From an uncultured Candidatus Saccharibacteria bacterium (GTDB lineage Bacteria > Patescibacteriota > JABMPQ01 > JAQVVF01): DNA of 64,000 bases. The translations under genes were made by a program, and so were the position numbers. This document shows, in pieces, positions 1 to 10,352 of the stretch (position 1 is its first letter; each line of letters starts with the position of its first letter). The notes beneath the pieces were generated by a model. It worked only from the letters and a program-made list of their open reading frames with translations, did no database searches and was not told where the DNA came from. The stretch covers positions 9,852 to 73,851 of the forward strand of contig CAZNOH010000001.1 of the NCBI GenBank assembly GCA_964574655.1. The letters run 5' to 3'.

Positions 1-1684
1 CAGAGTTGCTGGCGAGCCTTCAATGGAAGCAGCTGGTAGAATTGATTATATGGATGTTTCTCCAAAACAAATCGTATCAATTACGACTGCATTGATTCCA
101 TTCTTGGAACATGATGATGCGAATCGTGCTTTGATGGGTTCAAATATGCAACGTCAAGCAGTGCCATGTATTAATCCAGATTCTCCGATTGTTGGAACAG
201 GTTGTGAAGAAAGAGCAGCTAAGGATTCTGGCGTAGCTATTGTATGTAAAAAAGATGGAGAGATTATTGAGGTGTCAGGAAAAAGAATAAAAGTATTGGA
301 AGTTAACAAAAATATTAGAGAATATAAATTATTGAATTTCTTAAGATCGAATACTTCAACTTGTATTGATCAAAGGCCGATTGTATCTGTTGGTGAAAAA
401 GTAAAAAAAGGACAAATTATTGCTGATGGATCTTCGACTGATAACGGCGAATTAGCTTTAGGTAAAAATGTTGTAGTCGCATTTATGGCTTGGCAAGGTG
501 GTAACTTTGAAGATGCTATGTTGATTTCTGATAGATTGGTTAGAGAAGATGTTTATAGCTCAATTCACATTGAGGATTTTTCTATTGATGTTCGTGATAC
601 AAAATTAGGTCCAGAAGTAGTGACTCGCGATATTCCAAACGTTGGCGAGGAAAAATTAAAAGATTTGGATGAAGAAGGCGTTGTCAGAGTTGGAGCTCAA
701 GTTACATCCGGAGATATTTTGGTAGGAAAGATTACACCAAAAGGCGAGACTGAATTGACTGCTGAAGAAAGATTGCTTCGAGCGATTTTTGGTGAGAAAG
801 CAAGAGATGTAAAAGATACTTCTTTGTATTTGCAACATGGTGAACATGGAAAAGTTGTAGATGTCAAAATATTTTCAAGAGAAAAAGGTGATAAATTACC
901 AACTGGAGTAATAAAGACGATTCAAGCTTCTGTTGCTCAATTACGCAAAATTCAAGTTGGCGATAAATTAGCTGGTCGCCATGGTAATAAAGGTGTTATC
1001 TCAAAAATCGTTCCGCAGGAAGATATGCCTTATTTACCAGACGGAAGAACAGTTGATGTGATTTTGAATCCATTAGGCGTGCCATCTCGTATGAATCAAG
1101 GTCAGGTCTTGGAAGTTCATTTGGGTTGGGCTGCAAAACAGTTAGGCTATAAAGTTGCAACTCCAGTATTAGATGGTGTAAAAGAAGAAACAATCAAATC
1201 TGAATTAAAGAGAGCAAATTTACCAGAAAATGGCAAGGTTCAATTATATGATGGAAGAACTGGTAATGCATTTAGTGAAAAAACAACGGTTGGTGTTATG
1301 TATATTTTGAAACTTTATCATTTAGTTGAAGACAAGATCCATCAAAGGTCAATTGGCCCTTACTCTTTGGTTACTCAACAGCCTTTGGGTGGTAAAGCTC
1401 AATTCGGTGGACAAAGATTTGGTGAAATGGAAGTATGGGCGGTTGAAGCTTATGGCGCTGCTCATGTTTTGCAGGAATTGTTAACAATCAAATCTGATGA
1501 TGTTATTGGACGTTCTAAAACATACGAGGCGATTATTAAGGGTGAGCCAATAAGACAGCCAAATGTTCCAGAGTCATTCAATGTTTTGGTTAAAGAATTA
1601 AAAAGTTTAGCTTTGAATGTTGAGATTCTAGATGTATCTGGAAATATTCTGAAAACTGAAGAAAAGAAATTTGATCGCAAATAG
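1..1684 (+). CDS. rpoB: DNA-directed RNA polymerase subunit beta, C-terminal part (5' end lies upstream of the window)
   Basis: ORF 23..1684 is open to the window edge. Conserved RpoB C-terminal motifs are present ([26 protein letters not shown]). rpoC follows directly. Confidence 0.95.
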   Translation, partial: RVAGEPSMEAAGRIDYMDVSPKQIVSITTALIPFLEHDDANRALMGSNMQRQAVPCINPDSPIVGTGCEERAAKDSGVAIVCKKDGEIIEVSGKRIKVLEVNKNIREYKLLNFLRSNTSTCIDQRPIVSVGEKVKKGQIIADGSSTDNGELALGKNVVVAFMAWQGGNFEDAMLISDRLVREDVYSSIHIEDFSIDVRDTKLGPEVVTRDIPNVGEEKLKDLDEEGVVRVGAQVTSGDILVGKITPKGETELTAEERLLRAIFGEKARDVKDTSLYLQHGEHGKVVDVKIFSREKGDKLPTGVIKTIQASVAQLRKIQVGDKLAGRHGNKGVISKIVPQEDMPYLPDGRTVDVILNPLGVPSRMNQGQVLEVHLGWAAKQLGYKVATPVLDGVKEETIKSELKRANLPENGKVQLYDGRTGNAFSEKTTVGVMYILKLYHLVEDKIHQRSIGPYSLVTQQPLGGKAQFGGQRFGEMEVWAVEAYGAAHVLQELLTIKSDDVIGRSKTYEAIIKGEPIRQPNVPESFNVLVKELKSLALNVEILDVSGNILKTEEKKFDRK

Positions 1685-1688
1685 ACGA

Positions 1689-1719
1689 ATATTCGGATAT
1701 TAAGATATTACGGATATTG
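1689..1719. repeat. Word repeat family W1 (ATATTCGGATATTAAGATATTACGGATATTG), copy 1
   Basis: 30/31 identical to 57819..57849. Built from reiterated GGATATT/AGATATT words. rpoB-rpoC intergenic region. Confidence 0.8.
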
Positions 1720-1731
1720 CGAGTTAAATAA

Positions 1732-1822
1732 GTTAGACTGGTTAGATTGGTTAACTAATTGTTCTATTGCTAAATTGTTAACGTCTAACTAGTCGCTAGT
1801 TACTAATTACAAATTTACTAAT
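1732..1822. repeat. Word repeat family W2 (GTTAGACTGG/GTTAGATTGG, CTAAATTGTTAA, CTAACTAGTCGCTAGTTACTAATT)
   Basis: Shares a 13-15 nt core GCTAAATTGTTAA with 37160.. and 49743... CTAAT/TTAAC word style as at 57849..57892. Confidence 0.6.
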
Positions 1823-1830
1823 ATAAATCA

Positions 1831-4800
1831 ATGGCAAATATAACGACTGATTTTAATGCGATAAGATTAAAATTGGCATCTCCAGACGAGATTCTAGACT
1901 GGTCTTTTGGAGAAGTAAAAAAGCCAGAAACAATCAATTATCGTACTCAGCGTCCGGAAAAAGATGGTCTTTTTTCGGAAAGAATTTTTGGTCCAACAAA
2001 AGATTGGGAATGTTATTGCGGAAAATATAAAAGAATTAGATATAAGGGAATCATTTGTGATAAATGCGGTGTTGAAGTTACTAGATCAATTGTTAGACGT
2101 GAAAGAATGGGTCACATTGAATTAGCAGCACCAGTTTCTCACATTTGGTTTCTTAGAGGTGTCCCATCAAAAGTTGGATTGATTTTAGATTTGTCTGCAA
2201 AAAGTTTGGAAAAAGTCGTTTATTTTGCCAGTTATTTAATAACTTCTGTTGACGAAAAAGCAAAGCTAGAAACTTTGAGTGAATTGGAAGATGAATTTAA
2301 ATCAAAGAAGAAAGCAATTGATGATAAATATAAAAATTTAGCTTCTGAATTAAAACAATTGAGAGTCAGACAAAAGTCCGAAAAAGGAAATTCTGCTGAT
2401 GCAGAAAAAAGATTAAAAGTTTTATATTCTGAAAAAGAAAAAGAGCAACAAAAGTTGAATAAGATTTTTAATTTTGAAAAAGAAGAAGTTAAAGACATTA
2501 AAGAATTGAGTATTATTTCGGAATTAAAGTATAGAGACTTGTCTATGAAATATGGACATGTCTTTAAAGCTGGAATTGGAGCTGAAGCAGTTAGAAAAGT
2601 TTTAGTTGAAATTAATTTGGAAAAATTAGTAGCTATTTTAGAAAAAGAATCAACTAATGCTCCAGCCCAAATCAAAAAGAAAATTAAGAGAAGACTAAAA
2701 TTAGTTAAAAATTTGATTAAGGTTGGAATCAGGCCTGAATATACAATTTTGACTGTTTTGCCAGTTATTCCTCCTGATCTTCGTCCGATGGTTCAATTAG
2801 ATGGTGGTAGATATGCAGCTTCTGATTTAAATGATTTATATAGAAGAGTTATCAATAGAAACAATCGTTTAAAAAGATTGATTGAGCTTAATGCGCCAGA
2901 AGTTATTTGTCGAAATGAAAAAAGAATGTTGCAAGAAGCAGTTGATGCATTGTTAGATAATTCTGCAAGATCTGGAAAAGTAACAGCTGCTTCAACTGGT
3001 CAAAAGAGATTATTAAAATCTTTAGCTGATATGTTGAAAGGCAAGCAAGGACGTTTTAGACAGAATCTTTTAGGCAAGCGTGTTGATTATTCTGGACGTT
3101 CAGTAATTGTCGTTGGACCATATTTGAAATTAGGTGAATGTGGTATTCCAAAAATAATGGCATTGGAATTGTTCAAGCCATTTGTTATTCATAGTTTGAT
3201 TAAAAATGAGTTTGCTCATAATGTTAGATCAGCTGGAAAGTTGATTGAAGAAGGCAGACCAGAAGTTTGGGATGCATTGGAAGATATTATTAAAGAAAAA
3301 TACGTTTTGTTAAATCGTGCTCCGACTTTGCATAGATTAGGTATCCAAGCTTTTAAGCCAATTTTGATTGAAGGCAAGGCATTGCAGATTCATCCAATGG
3401 TTTGTTCTGCTTTTAATGCTGACTTCGATGGTGATCAGATGGCTGTTCATGTGCCTTTGACAGATATGGCTCAAAAAGAAGCTAGAGAAATTATGGCTGC
3501 TACTCGTAATTTGTTAAAGCCAGCGACTGGTGTTCCAATTTCTACTCCTTCTCAAGATATTGTTTTGGGTTGTTATTATATTACTAACATGCGAGCTGGT
3601 ATGAAAGGAGAGGGCAAGATTTTCTCTGATTCTGAAGAAGCAATTTTGGCTTATGAAAATGACTTGGTTGATATCAGAGCAAAAATAAAAGTAAGAGTTA
3701 ATGAAGAAATAATTGAAACTTGTGTTGGTAGGATTGTTTTTAATAGAGTTTTACCAAAGGATTTTGGTTTTAGAAATAATGTTATTGATAAAAAAGCATC
3801 ACGTGAATTAATTGGTGAATGTTTGCATAAACATGGTAATGAGGAAACAGTAAAATTAGTTGATGCGATTAAAGAAATCGGCTTTGAATATTTGACTAGA
3901 TCCGGACTTTCTTGGGGCATGGATGATTTGAAATTACCGAAAGAAAAAAAGGGAATGATTGATGAAGCTGCAAAGAAAATTGAAGAAATTAGACAACAAT
4001 ACAAGACTGGACTTTTGACTGACAATGAACGCTATGTCAAAGTTATTGAAACTTGGGCTAATGTAAAAGAAAAAATTACAGAAGTAACAAGAAATACAGT
4101 TGAAGAGTTTGGTCCAGTTTATTCAATGGTTGAGTCTGGTGCTAGAGGTTCATGGCCACAAATTGTACAGATGATGGGTATGAGAGGTTTGATGGCAGCT
4201 CCTTCTGGAAAGACTATTGAGTTGCCAATCAAAAATAGTTTTAAAGAAGGTTTAGGTGTTTTGGAATATTTTATCTCTACTCACGGTGCTAGAAAAGGTT
4301 TAACTGATACAGCCTTGCGTACAGCTAATGCTGGTTATTTGACTCGTAGATTGATTGATGTATCTCAAGACGTTATTGTTCAGGCAGAAGAATGTAGCGA
4401 AACTAAAGGTCTGGAAATTAGCAAAAAAGATAGTCTTGATATGAACACAACAATTGGTGATAGAATCTTAGGAAGAACATTGGCACAAGACATTAAAGAT
4501 AAGGCTGGAAAAGTTGTTATCAAAAAAGGTGAAATCGTTACAAAAATATATGGAAAATTGATTGATAGTTTAGATTTAGATGGAGTTAGAATTTTTTCAA
4601 TAACTACTTGCAAGATGGAAAGAGGAATCTGTCAAAAATGTTATGGTTGGGATTTGGGTGTAAATGATAAGGTAAAAATTGGACAAGCTGTTGGTATTAT
4701 TGCTGCTCAATCGATTGGTGAGCCTGGAACACAGTTGACGATGAGAACCTTCCATACTGGTGGTGTTGCAAGTGAAGGCGATATTACTCAAGGTTTGCCT

Positions 4801-5655
4801 AGAGTTGAAGAATTATTCGAAGCTCGAGGAATCAAAAAACCAGCAGTATTTGCAGAAAATGATGGCATTGCATCAATTGAGGAAGGAAAAGATAGTAAGA
4901 TTTTGAGAATAGTTGCTTCAAATGTTAGCAAGGATTTATATCAATTTGAGGCAAATGACAAGCTTGTTATTTCAGATGGAACTGATGTTGAAAAAGGAAG
5001 CGTCTTAATTAAGACGGAAAAAGGCAAGGATATAAAAGCAAAAGCTTCTGGCTTTGTGAAAATTGAAGGACAGAATTTGATAATTGTTAAAGAAGGCGAT
5101 GTTGAAAAAGAATATATTTTGCCAGGCAATACTGTTTTCTTGGTCAAAAATAAAGATTTGGTTAGTAGCGGACAGCAATTGACAGAAGGCACGTTGGATT
5201 TACAACATTTGTTTAAATCCTGTGGACGCGTAGCTGTTCAAAAATATATTTTGAAAGAAGTACAATATATTTATTCAAGCCAAGGTCAAGATGTAGATGA
5301 TAAGCACGTTGAATTGATTATCAGACAGATGTTGAATTGGGTTAGAATTAAAAAATCTGGCAAAAGTAATTTTATTACTGGCGATGTTGTGACTAGAGTT
5401 AAATTCTTGGCGGTACAAGAGAAATTAAAAAAAGAAGGAAAAGAATTTCCAGAAGCTGAAGAATTGTTACTTGGTATTACGAAATCTTCATTATCAACTG
5501 ATAGTTTCTTATCTGCTGCTTCCTTTCAGGAAACTGCAAGAGTATTGATAGATGCTTCTATTACTGGCAAGGTTGATGAATTGAAAGGTCTGAAAGAAAA
5601 TGTAATTCTTGGTAAGTTAATTCCAGCTGGAACTGGATATAAGAGGAAGGTATAA
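1831..5655 (+). CDS. rpoC: DNA-directed RNA polymerase subunit beta'
   Basis: 1274 aa. N-terminal zinc-binding CxxC cluster, NADFDGD catalytic motif (SAFNADFDGDQMAVHVP), trigger-loop and C-terminal regions. Classic rpoB-rpoC order. Confidence 0.97.
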   Translation: MANITTDFNAIRLKLASPDEILDWSFGEVKKPETINYRTQRPEKDGLFSERIFGPTKDWECYCGKYKRIRYKGIICDKCGVEVTRSIVRRERMGHIELAAPVSHIWFLRGVPSKVGLILDLSAKSLEKVVYFASYLITSVDEKAKLETLSELEDEFKSKKKAIDDKYKNLASELKQLRVRQKSEKGNSADAEKRLKVLYSEKEKEQQKLNKIFNFEKEEVKDIKELSIISELKYRDLSMKYGHVFKAGIGAEAVRKVLVEINLEKLVAILEKESTNAPAQIKKKIKRRLKLVKNLIKVGIRPEYTILTVLPVIPPDLRPMVQLDGGRYAASDLNDLYRRVINRNNRLKRLIELNAPEVICRNEKRMLQEAVDALLDNSARSGKVTAASTGQKRLLKSLADMLKGKQGRFRQNLLGKRVDYSGRSVIVVGPYLKLGECGIPKIMALELFKPFVIHSLIKNEFAHNVRSAGKLIEEGRPEVWDALEDIIKEKYVLLNRAPTLHRLGIQAFKPILIEGKALQIHPMVCSAFNADFDGDQMAVHVPLTDMAQKEAREIMAATRNLLKPATGVPISTPSQDIVLGCYYITNMRAGMKGEGKIFSDSEEAILAYENDLVDIRAKIKVRVNEEIIETCVGRIVFNRVLPKDFGFRNNVIDKKASRELIGECLHKHGNEETVKLVDAIKEIGFEYLTRSGLSWGMDDLKLPKEKKGMIDEAAKKIEEIRQQYKTGLLTDNERYVKVIETWANVKEKITEVTRNTVEEFGPVYSMVESGARGSWPQIVQMMGMRGLMAAPSGKTIELPIKNSFKEGLGVLEYFISTHGARKGLTDTALRTANAGYLTRRLIDVSQDVIVQAEECSETKGLEISKKDSLDMNTTIGDRILGRTLAQDIKDKAGKVVIKKGEIVTKIYGKLIDSLDLDGVRIFSITTCKMERGICQKCYGWDLGVNDKVKIGQAVGIIAAQSIGEPGTQLTMRTFHTGGVASEGDITQGLPRVEELFEARGIKKPAVFAENDGIASIEEGKDSKILRIVASNVSKDLYQFEANDKLVISDGTDVEKGSVLIKTEKGKDIKAKASGFVKIEGQNLIIVKEGDVEKEYILPGNTVFLVKNKDLVSSGQQLTEGTLDLQHLFKSCGRVAVQKYILKEVQYIYSSQGQDVDDKHVELIIRQMLNWVRIKKSGKSNFITGDVVTRVKFLAVQEKLKKEGKEFPEAEELLLGITKSSLSTDSFLSAASFQETARVLIDASITGKVDELKGLKENVILGKLIPAGTGYKRKV

Positions 5656-5673
5656 AAGGATTGGAAATATAGA

Positions 5674-5704
5674 AAGAAGGCTTTAAATGGGCCTTCTTTT
5701 TTTA
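5674..5704 (+). terminator. Rho-independent terminator after rpoC
   Basis: AAGAAGGC-TTTAAATGG-GCCTTCTT hairpin followed by a T-run. Confidence 0.7.
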
Positions 5705-5809
5705 TTGTTGCAAAGGTTAAATTATAGTATAATTAAAGTATCCTATTTGTTAGGACCTTGTCATTCGATAGGGCAAGAATTTTTATTTGTAAAATAAATA
5801 TAAAATAAG

Positions 5810-8068
5810 ATGGCACAAAGAGGACGTCCGCCAAAGGTAAAAAATTTGGCTTCAACGACAATTTTGAGAGGGCAACAAAAAAGAAGACCTGGGAGACCGC
5901 CAAAATTACGTGGACGAAAAAGAAAAGGTTCGATGGGTTTTTTGTTTAATATTGGCATGCAACCAGAAGTTGTGAGAGGCATAATGCTTGTTGTTTTTTT
6001 TATTGTTGGTCTTTTAAGTCTTTTGGCATTAATTGGTTTGGCAGGAAAAATGGGTGATTTTTTGAGCTTAGGTTTAAGACAAGCTTTTGGCAGGCCTGCT
6101 TATATTTTTCCATTTTTATTAATTGGTTTAGCGATTGCGATATTTAGGTCAGAGAGATTAGAAGATCCTAATTTTAGCAAATATAATTTAGTCGGTGCAG
6201 TCATGCTTTTGGTTGGCTTATGCGGTATTTTTCATGTCAAATATAACGGTGAAGCAGCCTTGAGCGTGATAAAGGATGGAGTTGGCGGTGGATATTTGGG
6301 CTATGCTTTTTCTTATCCAGCACAGCTTTTTATGGGATTTTGGGCAACAGGTGTTATTTTATTAGCGATCTTTATTGTAGGGACAATAATGACTTTTAAT
6401 ATTTCCTTGAAAGATGTTATTGAAAGTTTCAAAAGATTAAGGTTATTGATTCTAAAATTATTACATAAGCAACCAATAGAAGGAGAATTAACAATCAAGG
6501 GAATGAATGAAAGATCTGCTGTACCAGTTGAGGCTGAAAATAATTCTGAATTGCAAGCTAAAGATATGGAAGATGGAAAAGCAAAAAGCGTGTTACGGTC
6601 AAAAAAATGGGGAGATTGGAAACCTTATCCTTTAGAGCTTTTAAATAATCAGAGTACAACGCCAATGGCTGGCGATGTAAAAAATAATGCAAGAGTTATT
6701 CAGCAGACTTTGAAGAGTTTTAATATTAATGTAAAGATGCATGAAGTTAATGTTGGTCCAACAGTTACTCAATATACTTTTAAGCCGACAGAAGGTGTAA
6801 AATTAAGTCAAATCGTAACTTTGAATAATGATTTAGCACTAGCTTTGGCGGCTCATCCAATAAGAATTGAAGCGCCGATTCCTGGTAAATCATTAGTTGG
6901 CGTGGAGGTGCCAAATCAAAAAGTGGCGATTGTTAGATTGCGGGAAATTTTGGAGAGCAAAGAGTTTGCAGATGATAAATCTAATTTGACTATGGTTTTG
7001 GGCAGAAACGTTGCTGGCAGTCCGACAATTTGTGAGCTTGATAAGATGCCTCATCTTTTGATTTCTGGCGCGACTGGTTCTGGCAAGTCAATTTGTCTGA
7101 ACACAATTATTATGAGTTTGTTATATAAAAATTCTCCTGATGATTTGAGATTAATACTGGTTGATCCGAAGAAAGTAGAAATGACTAATTATGCAGATAT
7201 CCCTCATTTGTTGACGCCAGTGATTACAGAAGTTGATAAAACTGTTAATGCATTGCGTTGGACTGTTTCAGAAATGGAAAAGCGTTTTACTCTGTTTGCA
7301 GAATGCAAGAAAAGAGATATTCATTCATACAATGCGTCAGTTGGAAAGGATAGATTGCCTTTCATTGTTGTAGTTATTGATGAGTTGGCGGATCTTATGG
7401 CTGTTGCTTCAAAAGAAGTTGAAGCTGCAATTGTTAGACTTTCGCAAATGGCTAGAGCAACTGGTATTCATTTAGTTTTGGCAACACAAAGACCTTCGGT
7501 TAATGTTATTACTGGTTTAATTAAAGCTAATATTACGGCAAGAATTGCATTCGCAGTTGCTTCACAGATTGATTCTAGAACTATAATTGATTCTGCTGGC
7601 GCGGAAAAATTATTAGGCAATGGTGATATGCTTTTCATTTCTTCGGACTTAGGAAAGCCGAGAAGAATTCAAGGTTCATTTGTGACTGAAAAAGATATTC
7701 ATTCTGTTTGTAAATTCTTAAAAGATAAAGGTCAGCCAGAATATGATGAAGCAATCGTTCAAAGACAGCAGATGATGGCGTCAAACGGGATAATAGCTAA
7801 TGGCGAGGTTGATGATGAATTGTATGAAGAAGCCAAAGAGACAGTGATGATGTCTGGAAAAGCATCAGCGTCGTTATTACAAAGAAGATTAAGAGTTGGT
7901 TATGCAAGAGCTGCTCGGCTTTTGGATATTTTGGAAGAAAGAGGAATTGTTGGACCGGCAAACGGAGCAAAGCCAAGAGATATTTTGGTAGTGCCAAGTG
8001 ATAATATGATGGGGTTGCCGAGCAAGGAAGATTTAGCCAACAAGCAATTTAATAATAATCAGTTATGA
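5810..8068 (+). CDS. ftsK: DNA translocase FtsK/SpoIIIE
   Basis: N-terminal TM helices, Walker A GATGSGKS, FtsK motor domain, C-terminal gamma winged helix (LLQRRLRVGYARAARLLD). R/K-rich N-terminus carries two RGRP/GRPPK AT-hook-like motifs. The true start could be the later Met near 5932. Confidence 0.9.
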   Translation: MAQRGRPPKVKNLASTTILRGQQKRRPGRPPKLRGRKRKGSMGFLFNIGMQPEVVRGIMLVVFFIVGLLSLLALIGLAGKMGDFLSLGLRQAFGRPAYIFPFLLIGLAIAIFRSERLEDPNFSKYNLVGAVMLLVGLCGIFHVKYNGEAALSVIKDGVGGGYLGYAFSYPAQLFMGFWATGVILLAIFIVGTIMTFNISLKDVIESFKRLRLLILKLLHKQPIEGELTIKGMNERSAVPVEAENNSELQAKDMEDGKAKSVLRSKKWGDWKPYPLELLNNQSTTPMAGDVKNNARVIQQTLKSFNINVKMHEVNVGPTVTQYTFKPTEGVKLSQIVTLNNDLALALAAHPIRIEAPIPGKSLVGVEVPNQKVAIVRLREILESKEFADDKSNLTMVLGRNVAGSPTICELDKMPHLLISGATGSGKSICLNTIIMSLLYKNSPDDLRLILVDPKKVEMTNYADIPHLLTPVITEVDKTVNALRWTVSEMEKRFTLFAECKKRDIHSYNASVGKDRLPFIVVVIDELADLMAVASKEVEAAIVRLSQMARATGIHLVLATQRPSVNVITGLIKANITARIAFAVASQIDSRTIIDSAGAEKLLGNGDMLFISSDLGKPRRIQGSFVTEKDIHSVCKFLKDKGQPEYDEAIVQRQQMMASNGIIANGEVDDELYEEAKETVMMSGKASASLLQRRLRVGYARAARLLDILEERGIVGPANGAKPRDILVVPSDNMMGLPSKEDLANKQFNNNQL

Positions 8069-9105
8069 AATTAGGTGAAGGTTTTACCACTCATCGCCTA
8101 AAGACGGCAGAGACTTTGGGTGAAAGATTGCAGAACGCAAGAGAAGAGGCTAATTTGACATTAAAGGAAATATCACAAAGTATAAGAGTTCGAGAAACAT
8201 ACATTAGATATTTGGAGGAAGGCAGATATAGTGAATTACCGGCTGATGTTTATGTCAGAGGTTTTTTGAGGAGTTATTGTAATTATGTTGGGACTGATTT
8301 TCAAGGATCATTAGATATATATAAAAATGAAAGAGGTATTCAGGAAAATATTAAGAAATCAAAGGAGCCGATTCCTTTGTCATCGTATAAATCTAATTCG
8401 TTTGTGATTACGCCGAGATTGATAAAAATTTGTTTAACAGTTTTGGCTGTTTTTGTGGTATTTTTATATATTTGGTTTCAGTTAAGTGGATTATCAAAAC
8501 CGCCAGTATTAACTATTCTGGATCCATCAGAAGATAAGACAATTAATGATGATGTAATTGTGCTGGTTGGCGAGACTGATTTAGAAGCAGAAGTAAAAAT
8601 TAATGATCAATCAATTCAGGTTGATGGCAGTGGAAAATTTAAAGAAACTATTGCTTTGCAGGACGGATTGAATGTTTTAAATATTGTTGCCAATAATAAA
8701 TTTGGCAAGAGTACTGAAGTGAAAAGAAATATCATGGTTGAGTTGACTGGCGATTTAGAAAGACAAAAAGAAAATGAAAAGTTGGCTTTGAAGGGTGAAT
8801 ATAAAAAAGAAGTAGTGGCAGTGGATAAAAATGTAAAAGATAAAAATGTAAAAGTAACTATAAAGCCGGAATTTGAGTTGGTAGTGACAGTTTTAGATAA
8901 AGTAGCGTGGATACAAGTAAAGGCTGATGATCGGTTGATTTATTCTGGCATGATGTTGCCAGATGCATCACAGACATTTAAGGCAAAAGAAAAATTTCTC
9001 GTGTCTTCAGGAAAAGCAGACAAGACAAAAGTTGTTTTGAATGGCAAGGATTTGGGTTTTCTTGGGAAAGAAGGAGAAGTTGTGAGGGATAAAGAAATAA
9101 AATAA
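8065..9105 (+). CDS. RodZ-like membrane protein (XRE-type HTH, single TM, DUF4115-like C-terminus)
   Basis: N-terminal HTH with the RodZ-like signature (LKEISQSIRVRETYIRYLEEG...YVRGFLRSY), one TM helix, and a C-terminal beta-rich domain. Its ATG overlaps the ftsK stop (ATGA), so the two are translationally coupled. Confidence 0.6.
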   Translation: MKLGEGFTTHRLKTAETLGERLQNAREEANLTLKEISQSIRVRETYIRYLEEGRYSELPADVYVRGFLRSYCNYVGTDFQGSLDIYKNERGIQENIKKSKEPIPLSSYKSNSFVITPRLIKICLTVLAVFVVFLYIWFQLSGLSKPPVLTILDPSEDKTINDDVIVLVGETDLEAEVKINDQSIQVDGSGKFKETIALQDGLNVLNIVANNKFGKSTEVKRNIMVELTGDLERQKENEKLALKGEYKKEVVAVDKNVKDKNVKVTIKPEFELVVTVLDKVAWIQVKADDRLIYSGMMLPDASQTFKAKEKFLVSSGKADKTKVVLNGKDLGFLGKEGEVVRDKEIK

Positions 9106-9218
9106 TCGCTAATCATTTGCGAATATATGCGAATAGTTTGCTAATAAAGTAAAAAAGTATGACAGAAAAGTAATTTTTATTTGCAAATTATTAGCAAATA
9201 TTTGCAAACTATTAGCGA
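9106..9218. repeat. Word repeat W3: ~40-nt inverted repeat of TTTGCGAAT/TTTGCTAAT/TTTGCAAAT words upstream of recA
   Basis: Left arm 9106..9148 is TCGCTAATCATTTGCGAATATATGCGAATAGTTTGCTAATAAA. Right arm 9179..9218 is the reverse complement of TCGCTAATAGTTTGCAAATATTTGCTAATAATTTGCAAAT. Confidence 0.8.
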
Positions 9219-9245
9219 GAGTTTAAAAAAAGTAATTTAAAAAAT

Positions 9246-10268
9246 ATGGCTAAAGACACAAAAAAAGAGATGATGGAGGGAAAGAACAAGGCTGTTGAAT
9301 CAGCGATTGATCAGATCAAAGATCGTTTTGGCGAGGGAGCTATTATGAAGCTTGGAGAAGTGAAGACAATGGAAATTGATGCAATTACAACTGGATCAAT
9401 TTCTTTAGATATTGCTTTAGGTATTGGCGGAGTGCCAAGAGGCAGAGTCATTGAAATATTCGGCATGGAGAGTTCAGGTAAGACAACGTTGGCCCAGCAT
9501 ATTATTGCGAGCGTTCAAAGAAAAGGCGGATTGGCTGCTTTTATTGATGCTGAACATGCTTTGGATCCTGATTATGCAAAAGTAATTGGCATTGATATCA
9601 ATGATATGTTGATTTCTCAGCCAGAAACAGGCGAGCAGGCATTAGAAATTGTAGAGACATTAGTCAGATCAAATGCAGTTGATGTAATTGTGATTGATTC
9701 TGTGGCAGCTTTGACGCCGCGCGCAGAAATTGAAGGCGATATGGGTGATTCTCATATGGGTTTGCATGCAAGATTAATGTCGCAGGCTTTGCGAAAATTA
9801 ACTGCAGCTATTTCTAGTTCAAAAACAACTGTTATATTTTTGAATCAAATAAGAATGAAAATTGGCGTGGTGTTTGGTAATCCAGAAGAGACAACAGGTG
9901 GCAAGGCTTTGAAATTTTATTCTTCTGTCAGAATTGAATTAAGGCGCGCTGCTCAAATTAAAATGGGCGATAAAATTATTGGAAATCGTGTTAAAGTCAA
10001 AGTTGTCAAAAATAAAGTTGCACCGCCGTTTCAGACAACAGAATTTGATATTATGTATAATGAAGGAATTTCCAGAGTTGGCGATTTGTTAGATACTGGT
10101 GTTGTTTATAAAGTTTTGGGCAAATCTGGATCTTGGTATACTTTTGGCGATTCTCAGATGGGTCAGGGCAGAGAAGCTTCCAAGCAATATTTGAGAGATA
10201 ATCCAAAAGTTGCAAATACAATTGAAAAGAAAATTTGGGAAATCGTGGAGGCGGGGAAGGTGGATTAG
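9246..10268 (+). CDS. recA: Recombinase RecA
   Basis: Walker [10 protein letters not shown] and highly conserved RecA core; 340 aa. Confidence 0.97.
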   Translation: MAKDTKKEMMEGKNKAVESAIDQIKDRFGEGAIMKLGEVKTMEIDAITTGSISLDIALGIGGVPRGRVIEIFGMESSGKTTLAQHIIASVQRKGGLAAFIDAEHALDPDYAKVIGIDINDMLISQPETGEQALEIVETLVRSNAVDVIVIDSVAALTPRAEIEGDMGDSHMGLHARLMSQALRKLTAAISSSKTTVIFLNQIRMKIGVVFGNPEETTGGKALKFYSSVRIELRRAAQIKMGDKIIGNRVKVKVVKNKVAPPFQTTEFDIMYNEGISRVGDLLDTGVVYKVLGKSGSWYTFGDSQMGQGREASKQYLRDNPKVANTIEKKIWEIVEAGKVD

Positions 10269-10271
10269 TAC

Positions 10272-10307
10272 GAAAGTTTATAAAGTTTTTAAAGTTATAA
10301 AGTAAAA
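10272..10307. repeat. Word repeat W4 (GAAAGTTTATAAAGTTTTTAAAGTTATAAAGTAAAA)
   Basis: Shared with 49711..49744 and 39339..39375. Confidence 0.75.
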
Positions 10308-10330
10308 ACGAGCTTTAATGCTCGTTTTTT
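10304..10330. terminator. Bidirectional terminator between recA and efp
   Basis: AAAACGAGC-TTTAAT-GCTCGTTTTTTT; A-run upstream and T-run downstream. Confidence 0.7.
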
Positions 10331-10352
10331 TATGTTTAATTATTTTATAACG

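Noticed and set aside
2232-5192. Antisense ORFs inside rpoC (2232..2675, 3651..4025, 4380..4613, 4597..4791, 4941..5192), and similar ones inside rpoB, ftsK, ychF, groEL, uvrA, polX and the ABC-SBP
   Set aside because: They lie entirely within long, well-supported genes on the opposite strand. Their products are low-complexity (S/F/L/I-rich), typical of AT-rich antisense frames.
9106-9218. Calling the recA-upstream inverted repeat a LexA box
   Set aside because: It matches neither CTGT-N8-ACAG nor the GAAC-N4-GTTC type consensus, and a near-identical copy lies 3' of polX with no gene to regulate. It is kept only as a hypothesis-level finding.
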